Source: a virus (Duplodnaviria; Caudoviricetes). From it: a DNA stretch of 34,198 nt. Below the pieces are notes generated by a model. That model searched no databases. It was given only the letters and a program-made list of their open reading frames with translations, and was not told where the DNA came from. The stretch is taken from positions 1-34,198 of the IMG/VR virus record IMGVR_UViG_3300034357_001685; one strand, given 5' to 3'. The position numbers were made by a program, and so were the translations under genes. Shown here piece after piece: positions 17,301-29,300 of the stretch; the first letter of the stretch is position 1, and each line of letters starts with the position of its first letter.

Positions 17301-20300
17301 TTCCGCCGCCGGAGCGCTTGGCGGCGCGGTTTTCGCCACCGCCGGAGCGGCAGGCGGATTGAGGGATGCTCGTAACGAATTCCTGCAAAACGAGCCGCCC
17401 TCCGCGCCCCAGCCTGATCCCTCTGGCACACCCCCGCCACCGGTTTTGCCCGAGAACATCGCCGCCATGCAAGCCGAGATCGGGCAGGCCGCCCCAGAGC
17501 GCCAGGCCCCACTCGCCACGGCTATCAAAGTCGTTTCCGGCGCGCCGATGGATTCGCTCACGAAGGCCGAGCAGGATGCCATCAAGCCCCATGTAGCCAC
17601 GGTCGGCGGGCAGACCGTGCTTACCGACGATATTTTGACAGAACTTTCCCAAGCCTCCCCACAGGCTGCCGCGCTCATGCAGCAGGGGAGCATCCGCGAC
17701 GAATCCACGCGGCGGTTAGAGATTCTTGAACAAGAAAACGAACAAGAAAAAAAAGGAGGTGACACACCAAATGAAATCAAGCTGCAAAACATCGGCAAAA
17801 ATGCCGGCCAAGTCGGCCAAGTCGGCTCCCAAGGCAATGAAAATGCCCAAGGGAATGAAAATGCCCAAGGCCTCGGGACGGGGGCGCTAACGCTAACAAA
17901 CCAAGTCCGCACCGGGATACAGTCCGGAGTAGCTTCAGCCGATCCCGACATGCGGGAACTGTGGGCAGATCAATTAAAGCGCAGGTTAGAGAAAAAAGGG
18001 ACATTGACATGGCAAGATGTCCCCCAAGAGCTCAACCAGGCAATGGATACAGCCTCTTTTGCATCTTTGAAGCAAGCATTAGAGGAAAACCCACAAGAAG
18101 CCATCGCAATCATCGCAGGAAAACAAAACCTGACGCCCGACGGCACGGCGGGAAGCCTCACGCTCCCGCCGTTGCCCGTGGGGCGCTACGGCAGCCTCAT
18201 CAACAAACGCGAACAAGCCGTGGCCGGCACACTGGCCACACGGTTGGTCCAAGGCGGGGCGGACCAAGCCGCCGCCGCAAAATTCAGCGAATACTATGTG
18301 AAGCGCGAGACCCTCCGGGGGTGGGGCACCGACAAACTCAAAGCCGCTGTGCAGGAATTCTCTTCGGCGGGAGGCATGACGAATCCCCAGGGCATCATTG
18401 AGAGCGTCGCCGCCTCCGATGCCTCCCAACTTGCCGAGGTCGACGCCATCACCACCCAAGTATTCAAGAGCTTGGACACCGATCCCCGCGCGGCGAGCAT
18501 GACCCCTGCCGAGCGCAAGGATTTCGAGACAGTCGTGCGCCAACAGATCGCGCCCGCCGTGCTGCGCTACGGTCCGATTCTACGGCGCCTCGAGGCATTC
18601 TTCGACCCCTCGGGCAAAGACGACCTCGCTGCAGGCTCCGACAAATTAGTCATCAACGCCGCCGCGCTCATCGGAGAACGGGGGGTGGATTTCTGGAGCA
18701 ACACCGAGAACACTGATATCATCATCTCCGAAGAGCTCGGCCACGTTTCTCAGGTAAAAATCCTCGCGCAAAAAAACCGCGAGCGCACCGGAGCGACGGG
18801 GTCCGATATGGAACTCGCCCTGGCCGAAGCCGAGGAGATCTTCCTCCAACTCCCGCAACCGCTACAGCAAGCCTCGAGCACACTTTACGGCAACTCCCCG
18901 AACCCCGGCATAAGCGGCATGGAATTCTTCCGCCAGATGCTCCAAGGCGACATCGCCATCTCCGAAGGCCGTGTGCTGGACAGGGACGGCAAAGTCATCA
19001 CCGAACTCGCGGTGAACGACGCCGGATGGATCGATAAAATGCGAGGCGTCTTTGAGCAACTCTTCAAAGCCTTCAACAGCCTACGCAGCACCCTCTCCAG
19101 CGACCTCAAGCAAGAAGGCCGCAGCGAAGCCGAGATCAAGCTGCTCACCGACCGCGTGGAGACCATCCGCACCGAGTCGCTTACATTTTTCAAATCCCTC
19201 AAAAAAGAGGGTGACCGCATCCGGGGTGCGGCGTATGAGAACCAGTATGCTACTACCCGCAACTCAAATAAAAACCAAGCCACCGACACCCGAGGAGGCA
19301 CAGGAACAACGCCAGATTCTTCGGGACTGCTACAACAAACAACGCCCCCTGGAAGCCCAAATGCGGCGCTCGATGGCACCTCAAGCCAGCAGCCTCCTGC
19401 AGGCACACCTCTTGGAGCAAATCAAGCCACCCGGCTTGCAGAGCTAGAATCCCGCGAGTCCGAGCGCGCCGCCCGCGAGGAGCGCGCCAAGGAGCGCCGC
19501 GCCGAGTATGTCGAGCAGCGCGCCGGGGATTTGAAGGATTACGAAAAGGTGGTCGCCGCCGCCCCTGAGGACGCCCGCGAGCAAGTCGCGGGCCTCGTCC
19601 AGCAAGCGCCTTCCGGCAAGGTCTCCTATGTCCTCGTCACCAACAACCGCCGCGTCCCCGCCACCTACATCGCCCTGCCCCCAGGCGTCGTGCAGACCAG
19701 CCACATCGGCCCGGATTTCCAGAAAAACCCCGAGTATGCCGGCCAAAACACCCGATCCTACGATACCGACCCCGCTGAGCAGAACAAAGTGCGCGCCGGA
19801 TCTCTGCCCGGTGCGCTAAACGAAGACATCCTTACCTCCACCGACCCCAGCAGCGCGAACAGTGCGCCGCAGGTCGCCATCGTCATCGACGCCGGTCCCG
19901 ACGGTCAGCCCCGCTCCCGCTGGCAGACAGCCGGAGGCAACGCCCGCGAGATGATGAGCAACCTCGCGCCGCAGGAAGATCAAGACCGCGTCAGCGAGGC
20001 TTGGCGCGAGAAGTCCGGGGTGTTTGGCTTCCAGTCCGTCCCCGACGGCTTCCGTGGCTACCGGTTTCTCGGCACATTCGACATCCGCACCCCCGAAGGG
20101 GCCCGCGATTACCAGAAGCTGGTCGATGATCTCAATCCCTCCACCGGCGTCGTGCAGGATGTCTCCGACCGCGCCGATCTGGATGCGAAAAATATTCCAC
20201 TCGATTTGGTGGCGGATCTTCCCGTGATGATGAGCGGCAAGCAGGCCACCGAGGCCCTCTCCCGCCTTCTCACCGCGCCCGGCGACATCGTCGAGCGCAA

Positions 20301-23300
20301 CCGCGTGGCCCCCATGGCCAAGAATCCCGCGCAGGCCCAGGCCTACATGCAACGCATCATGTTCGCTGGCGGGCTCGGCCTGCCCAAGCTCACCAACAAG
20401 ATCGCCGATTACCAGTTGCAAAACCGTAACGCCGCCTTTGTGGAACTCGCCGCCGACTCCGCCAAAGCGGGCATTGCGCTGCGCCAGAGCGGCAACCCAA
20501 GCATCGCCGACGCCTTTGGCAGCATGCTTTCCAACGTGAGCGATTACCTCGACGATGGCCGCACGCTCAAGAGCGCCTTGGAACTGGCCGCCAACCAAGT
20601 CGAGATGGATGCCGTGGTGGGCGAGACCGCAGTGGCAGTCTCCGTCGCCACGCGCCTCGGAGAGTTAATCGTCCTCGACAAGCGCGGCCGCATCAACACC
20701 GAAGCCACCAGCGATGCGCACAAAGACTACATGCTCGCGCTGGCCAGCGGGGTCGCCAAAGCCAACGAAGACGCCACCATGGGCAACATGTTTGCCGAGC
20801 AGCCCCTGTCCATGGCCGAGCGCATCGCCGACATCAACGCCGCCCACCGCCTCAAGACCCAAAAAGACAGCGAAAAGACGCTATCCGCTCCCCGCCGCCA
20901 ATCGACTCCCGCCACCCGCATCCGCGACCTCGAGCGGAAGCGCCGCCAAGAGGGGCTCAACCGCTACGAGAGCGAAGAACTCGCCCGCCTGGAGAAAGCC
21001 GCCGGGCAGCAGTTCATGGACTTCTTCGAGACCACCCGCACCCAGCGGTTCGAGTTGCAGCAGGAAGTCGCCCGCCGAGGCATCGAGAGCGCCCCCGGAG
21101 AGCAAATGGACCTCGTTCTCGCCGCCGCTCGCAGCCAAGGGCGGGTAAATGCGGCGGGAATTCTTTTAGAGACAAAGCAGGAACGATTTGGGCGCATCTA
21201 TCAAGAGCAGGAGGAGGAAACCAACGCTTTCCCGGCGGAAAAAGTCGAAACAGAAGATCAGGTTTTATCTCGTTTGCGCGGAAAATTCGGCAACGAAGCC
21301 GTTGAAAATACGATTGCAGGCTACAACGAACTTCGAACCAAGCACGAGCGGTTCAAAAAGCGTTTTGATAAAGAAATTGACGCCATGGCGCTTCAGTTCA
21401 ATGGGGAACCCATTCCAGCGCCGATCAAGGGACTCAAAAGATCAATTGAAAAAGCTTTCGATGATTACGACGGCAAGGCGTCCATGCTGAAAGATTTGCT
21501 TCGGGCCACAATCGTTGTGGATACCCTGGAAGACGCTGTAAATCTCAACGAAGAAATTCAGCGCCGGTATAAAATTATCAAATGGAAAAACCGGTTTGCT
21601 CCCCCTTTGCCAAGCGGTTACGGCGACATGTTAGGAGTTGTCGAAATGGCCCCAGGTATATTTGCGGAGATCCAAGTCCATGTGCCGGAAATCATCAAAG
21701 CCAAAAAAGTCGGGCACAAATGGTATGAGTTAGAAAGAACTTATGCGGGAGACCCGACAAAAGCCACAGAACTGGCCGATGTGCGGGCAAAAATGCAGGA
21801 ACTTTATTTGGCGGCGGCCAATGCCTTCATCATGAGGGTCACAAGCTCTCGGAATTCCGAAAAAGAAACCGGAGAGGCCATGTCCAAGTTCATGGAAGTG
21901 GTCCGGGACATTTCCCTAGGCATTCCGGTTGACCAAATTTTCGGGTCTTCGCCAGGCTCCCAAGCAACGGGCACATCGGGAAACACCTCCAGAAACTTGG
22001 TGCCATTGGCGAAATCAGATTCATTCATCACTCCTTCTCCTACGCGCGGAGCCTCGGCCGGTCAACCAGTAATTACGCTCGCCAATATTCAGGATTACGC
22101 AGGCGATGTAGATCTTTCCGAGTTGCAAAACATTGAAGGCGTTAAAATGCCTAAGGCGTTCAAAATCGACCAAGAAAAACTTTCGCGAGGCGAGGTGCGG
22201 GTTGTCTCTGTCAGCACACTGATTAGTCCTAAAAACGAGTTACTTGATCCGCGTTATTTGGCCGGCAAGAAAAAAGACCCCCGACAAACCGCCGCCGATT
22301 GGATGGCAAAAACGATCAAAGGGGAGCCAGGGACCAAACGCCGAGCCCCGCTGGATGCCATCGACAATCGCGACGGAACCTACACGATCGTAGACGGCAA
22401 CGCCACGGCGCAGGCGGCAATGCTGGCAGGTTGGAAAATGCTTCCCGTCAACATCGTCAAACCCCAAGACGCCACCCTCGCCGCCGCCCGCTCGCGCCGC
22501 AACGACGACCAACTCGCCTTCGATTTCACGGCGCCTGCCGTGCAGGAATACAAATCCGCCCTCGAGGCCGAGGGCATCACCCACCCCGTCGCCCAGGCGG
22601 CCGCCGCGCAGAGGGACCTCGGCATTCCCGCAGGCCCAGCGCTCAATTTGTTTGGCGAGCCCGACTCGCTTTTGGAGGGCAGGCAAACCACTCCCACCCG
22701 GCCCTCCGCCACACCAACTCCCGTTGCAGAACCCACCGCGCCTGCTCCCGCGACTGCTGTTCAACCGCCGCCCGCACCGGAGCCCACCCCCGAGGTATCA
22801 AATAATACAGCGCCCGCGGAGCAACCTGAATCGCAGACCGATCCCGCCGCAGTGGATCGGCTCAAGACCGCCGTGGGCGAGGCTTTGCGCAGCAACACCA
22901 GCATTGACCGCCGCGTGCTCAAAAATATGGCGCGCACGGCAGGCATCACCGATCCGGAAGCCGCCGCCAAATTGGTGGACGAGACAGCGGAACTTGCAGT
23001 GGTGGAAATAGCCCGCGAAATCGTGGCCCGTGGCGACAACCCGCTGGTCACTTACGAAAATCTGGTGGATCTCTACGCGCTGCAACCCGGCTTGACGAGC
23101 CGCACCAGCACCAGCCGGATCAACCAGGCATTCAGCACCCCTGCCCCGCTCGCCTATGTGGCCTCGCGCCTGGCCGATGTCGCCAACGGCAAGAGCGTTT
23201 CGGAATTCACCGCCGGGAACGGCATGCTGGTGATGGAATCCTCTCCATCCCGCGCGATCGTGAACGAACTCGATCCCGCCCGCGCCGCCCGCCTGCGCTC

Positions 23301-26300
23301 GCAGGGATTCCAAGTCACCGAGGCGGATGCCACGGTCGCCCGCCCGCAGCAGGTGGATACGATCGTGATGAACCCGCCCTTTGGCACGCTCATGCAAAAT
23401 GACGGCACCAACCAACGGTGGACCGTCACCGTGCCGGGCGGCGCGCAGTTCGAGACCACTCAGATCGACCACCAGATCGTGATGAACCAACTCAAAAGCC
23501 TGTCCGCAGACGGGCGCGCGGTTTTCATCATCGGTGGCAAGCTGGGCGACACGCAGGAGGCCCGCGCAGAGGCTTACAACACCCGCCAGACCCGCGAGTT
23601 TTTTTATTTTCTCTACAAAAACTACAATATCACCGACCACTTCACGCTTTCCGGCGACCTCTATCGCAAACAAGGCGCGGCCTGGCCGATTGATATCTTT
23701 GTGATCGAAGGGCAGGGCCGTTCGTCTTTGGAGTTGCCAAGCATCGTTGCCCCGTCTATAGTCAACTCTTGGGATGATCTCCGAACAAAAATTCCGGCAA
23801 ATGCTTTCTCGCGCCGAACCTTTGACAGCGAAAGAACGCTCGTGGGAGCGGACGGTCAGCCAATGGTTGAAGGGGGACGAGGACGACCTGCTGCTGAACT
23901 GGAACAACCTGCCGCTATCCGCCCTGGACAACTTGGCGGACGAGCGCCAAATCCGGAGCGCGTGGGACAACCCGGCGGAAATCCGCCCGATGCTTCTGGC
24001 GGCCAGCAACTATCTCCCGACTCCGGACTGGTATCAGGAGGGGATGCCGGAGGACGAGATGCAGGAATCCGCGATGGACTGGCTCAACAACCAAACCGCC
24101 TGGTAGCGGACGAGGAACCGGCGGAAAAGGCCGGCCGCTATCAGAACAAGTATGTGCCGCAGAGCGGCAGTTATTCGGTGGACACGCTTACGCCCACCAA
24201 CCTTGCCAGCGCGCAGAAAACCGCACTGAAAAACCTCGAAGCCCGCACCGGCATGCCGGTGGACCGCTTAGTCGCCAGCAAACTGGGGTTTGCCACACCC
24301 GAGGAACTCCACCGCAAATCGGACGGCAGCGACCGCTTCAGCGCCGAGGCCATCGACGCCCTCGCCTTGGCAATCAACAATGTCGAGAACGGCAGCAGCT
24401 TCATTATCGGCGACCAGACCGGCATCGGCAAAGGCCGCATTGCCGCAGGCATGCTGCTCTACGCGAAAAAGCGCGGGTTCATTCCCGTGTTTGTCACGAG
24501 GAAGCCCGACCTTTACGCCGACATGATTCGGGATATTTCCGACATTGGGTTTTACGACGAATTGCGCCCGCTCATTACAAACAGCGGGCAGTCTTTTGAA
24601 GACCCGCGCGGCGAGCGCGTGCGCACCGGCACCGCCGCGAAGCACGATGTGATTTTGCAATCCTTGAGGGAGACCGGCCAGCTTCCCGAAGGCACCAACA
24701 TGGTCTTCACCACCTACGACCAGTTGGGCAAGGATGCCCCGAGCAGATACACCGAGACCAAAAAAGAAAAAGCCAAGCGCAAAAAAGACGGCAGGGCCCG
24801 GCCGGACGGCAAGCGCGCCGCCATGATGCGCGCCATCGCTTCTCGCGCTTTTTTCGTGCTTGACGAAAGCCACACCGGAGCGGGCATCGACAGCGACATC
24901 GGCATCCGCTTGCGCGAGTGGCTGCCCACTTCCTCGGGCGTTTACTACTCCAGCGCCACTTTTGCCAAGAACCCCACCGCCATGCCGCTCTACGGCCAGA
25001 CGACCATGCGCTACGCAGGGCTTTCTTCCGACGAACTCACCGATGCCATGACGAGCGGCGGAGTGCCGTTGCAGCAGGTCGTTTCCTACATGCTCGCCGT
25101 GGACGGCCAATACCTGCGCCGCGAGCGTTCGTTCGACGGCATTACCTTTGGCGAGATCACCGTGGGCGGTGAAAACGATGCCCAGCTTGCCGATCAATTC
25201 GCCACCGCAGCCTCGGAGATGCTCATGATGAGCATGGATAAACGGTTCGACAAAGCGCTGAAGGATTTTTCCAAACTCCTCAAGCGCGATGCCGCCACCC
25301 TTGAGAGCAATACCGGCGAATCCGCCATGGCGAGCGTGGAGTCCTACAGCTTCGCCGGGCAGATGCAGAATCTCACGCAGCAGTTCCTGCTTTCCGTGAA
25401 AGCCCGCTCCACCGCGCAGGATGCCGTGCAGCGCGTTCGCAACGGCGAAAAAGTCGTCGTCGCCCTGCAGGCCACCAACCAATCCGCCATCGAGGATATC
25501 CAAGGCAACATGGAATGGGGCATGAATTTCAACGGACTCATGCGCCGCTATGTAGACAAAATTTTCAGCGTGCGCGTGAAGGAGCCCGGAACAGAAGAGA
25601 GCGTTTCCATGAGCGTCTTTGAGCTTGGCGCGACCTTGGGAGTGGACACCTCGGAGTTGCAATCCATCCGCCAACGCATGATCTCCATGCTTGACGCCCG
25701 CGACTTCGGCACCCTGCCACTCTCGCCGATTGACGCCATGGAGGAAATCTTTGAAGAGGCGGGCGTGACCTATGGCGAGATCACCGCCCGCAAAACCGGC
25801 ATGCGCGCGGGGGCGATCTACCAGCGCCCACCGAAAGATTTCAACACCGCCGCAAAAATCCAATCGGTAAAGGATTTCAACTCCGGCAGCAAAGACATCC
25901 TCATCATCAACGCGGCGGGCAGCACCGGCATTTCCATGCACGCGGCGAAAAACTTTGCCGACCAGCGCACCCGCACGATGCTCATCGCGCAGCCCCACTT
26001 GGACATCAATGAGTTTTTCCAGACTCTTGGCCGCATCAACCGCACAGGGCAAGTCACCCTGCCGAGCTTCTACATCGTGCGCAGTGAGCTTCCCGCCGAG
26101 CGCCGCATCGCCGCCGTGCTGCGTTTGCGAATGGCAAATCTCAACGCCAACACAACCGGAGCCGCCGAGAGCAACGTTTCTGAAAATGTCACCGGCGATT
26201 TTCTCAACGAATACGGCGACCAGGCCGCGCAGACCGCTTTGACGAACAATCCGGAAATCCTCACCAAGATGATGCGGATTTTTCCGAAATACTACGCCCC

Positions 26301-29300
26301 GAGGTCGTCCCAAGAGAACAGCGAAAGCGAAGCGGTCGAGATGGAGCCCGGCCAGTTCATCCGCAAGCTCACCGGCCACATGGTCGTGCTCACCATCGCC
26401 GAGCAAGAGGCCATGTGGAACTCCATCGACGCCGAATACGCCTCGATCATCAATTATCTCAACGAAACCAATACCAACACGCTCCAGGCCCAATCCTACG
26501 ACTACCGAGCGAAGACGGTGGAAAGCACCGTGATTTTCCAAGGCGAGAACGCCGAGGGATCTTCCATGTTCTCCTCGCCTGCCTACCTCGAGCGCGTGGA
26601 AATCAACGATCCCCGCCAGCCCATGACGCTGGCCGAGGCAAAAGAACTCCAACAAGCCGCCCCGGAGGACATGCAACGCGTGGCCGAGGAATTTCGCAAA
26701 GCGTCCCAGAACGCCGAAGAGGTCGCCATCGCCCGATTGAAATCCCAGATACAGGAATGGAACGACGAACGCGACAACCGCTACCGCTCCCGTTTCCGCC
26801 AGACACGCGAACTCGTGAACCGTATGTCCAACTACGCTGGCCGGTTCGTCCAGATCGAGATGGGCGAGGAGACCATCGTCGGCATCGTCACCGCCCTGCG
26901 CACCAACGCCCAGCAAAGCGGCGCGCCCTCGCAGCAAAGCGTGGTCATTTCCACCAACACGCCCAACCGGAAACTCACGATTCCCTTGAGCCGCGTGGAG
27001 TCGATCAATTTCGTGCCCCCCTACAACAACTCCCGCATGGAGGAGCAATGGGCGCGGCCCGATCAATCCCGCTCCGAGCGAGTCATTGTCACCGGCAACA
27101 TCCTGGGCGCTTACAGCGCGTTCAACCGCATGGGCCGTGGCACCGGTCGCATCATCACTTTCACCACGGAAAACGGAGCCGTGCGCACCGGCATGGAAAT
27201 GCCCCGTTCGTGGGCGGAGACGCGCATCGTCGAGGTGCGCGAGCATGGCCAAGCCCGGCAGATTTTGTTGGACCAGCAAAGAACCCTCACCACCGCCACC
27301 GGAGCGAACCTACGCTACAACACGACGGATCGCGTGCTCGTGCTCAATGTCCCCGGCGACCGCCAGCGCGGCGGGCTTTTCTGGCGCAACCCCCAACTCA
27401 ATTCCCTCATGATCGGCGGGGAATTCCGACAAACCGGCGGCAACATGGTTGCCAATGTGAGCCCACAGCGCCTACCGGAACTGATCGGGTGGTTTAACCG
27501 CAACAACCACACACTCACGCATGTTGAAACCCCCGGCGACCGCACCCTCGCCGCCGCACGCCGCCAGACCTACGATCCCAACCAACTCCAACTCGATTTC
27601 GATGCCGCCCCGCGCGACCAGGTCGCGGCGCAGGAGGATGCGGATAAATCCGCCGCCGCCCGCTTCCAGTCCGGCCTCGAGGGCGTGATGGGCCTCGCCT
27701 CGGGCTACTCCAACATCCCGGGCGTGGACATGGACGAAGTGCTTCAGACCGCCCGCATCGCGCTGGCCGATGCCGCCCGCTCGTTCGACGCCTCGCGCGG
27801 CGTGCCGTTCGGCCCCTACTCCTCCATCGTCGTGCGCAACCGGCTCAACAGCCTCTACCGTCGCGAGAGCCTCCGCCGCGAGCGCATCCCGCAGAGCCTC
27901 GACGAACCACTCCCCGGCGACTTCAGCGAGACCCGCCAAGACTACACGCCCGACACCACCACGCCCGATGCCGCCACCACCGCCACCCGCAACGAAGCCC
28001 GTGGCCTCATCGACACCATCACCGCCACGCTCCCAGAGCGCATGCGCGCCGCCGTCGAGGGCTACATGCAACGCCGCCAACAGGAAGAAATCGGCGAGGA
28101 ATTCGGCATCTCCAAACAAGCCGTCTCCCGCCTGCAGCAAGAAGGATTCAAACGCCTGCGCCAAAAACTCAACGAACGCGGGATTTCGAGTGTGGGAGAA
28201 CTCTTGTCAGCTCCTCAAAAAAACACGCCGCTCGGAAGCGAACGAGCGCCATTCTACCTCAAATCCGCCGAAGTCCTCGACCAGAAGGTGCAAGGCAAGA
28301 GTGCCACGCTCGACCAGATCAAAGCCCTCCTCTCGCCGCAAAACGGCATCAAGGCCGAAGAGGTCAAGTGGACCGGAGTGATGCAGGAAGCCGAGCGCCT
28401 CGCCAAAGAAAACAACGGCAAGGTGCCGAAGGACGCACTGATGGAGTTTCTGGCAAAGGATGGGAGTGTGCGCTTGGAGGAAGAGTTGTTTGGATATCAC
28501 AAAGATGCAGTCTATCCGGCAAGTTGGTATGCAGAAAAAAAACCAAACGGAATCTGGTGGGTCGTTGATCCAGATGATTTGGAATCGGGAAGTCCTGCTT
28601 TACGGGCTACCGGCGAAACAAGAACCGAAGCCTGGAATAACGCATTGCAGAGTTATCGCAGAAGGTCTCAGCGCGAAACTGTAAAATACGAGCAATACCA
28701 ACTCCCCGGCGGCGAAAACTACCGCGAGGTGGTGCTGGCAATTCCTGTTAAAGTAAGTTTGCCTAAAGGATATGAGGCAAGGCAAGAAAATGGACAATGG
28801 GGAGTTTTTGCAGTTACTGACGATGGGAATATCTATGGTGAAGGATCGACTCGCGATCAAGCAATTCAAAGAGCAAATGAATACCTAAAAACAGGTAAAA
28901 CAACCTCTGAACTTGATCCTTCATACACCTCCTCCCACTTCTCCGACATCCCCAACTATGTCGCCCACATGCGCCTCAACGAGCGCACCGATGCGGAGGG
29001 CAATCCCGGATTGTTTGTGGAAGAGATTCAAAGTGACCGGCATCAGGCGGGGCGGGAGAAGGGGTATGCGCTGACAGAATCGGAACGAGCAGAAGTGAAA
29101 GCTCTGGAAGATAAGGCAAGACGCGAAGGTGGCGTTGTGAGGTTCAGCGCAGAAGACAGGGCGCGATGGGATGAGTCAGGCGCAAAATTTGAAGGCGCTG
29201 GCATCCCAGACGCCCCTTTCCGCACGACTTGGCCCCTGCAACTTTTTAAACGCGCCTTGCGCGATGCCGTCTCAAGCGGCAAGGACTGGATCGGCTGGAC

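Noticed and set aside
21188-21490. Possible additional +1-frame nested ORF with GGAGG nearby
   Set aside because: No suitable ATG, no codon-phase shift, and it overlaps the conserved RelA-like domain.
23822-23831. Fourth TTGACAGCGA copy
   Set aside because: It lies inside doubly coding sequence with no TA at +23 and no gene start at the expected distance; probably coincidental.
24268-27279. 1003-aa minus-strand ORF (also 14302-15912, 30790-33006, 33168-34112 and 22798-24009)
   Set aside because: Antisense shadows of GC3-biased plus-strand genes, with no motifs and with recognisable domains or repeats on the opposite strand.
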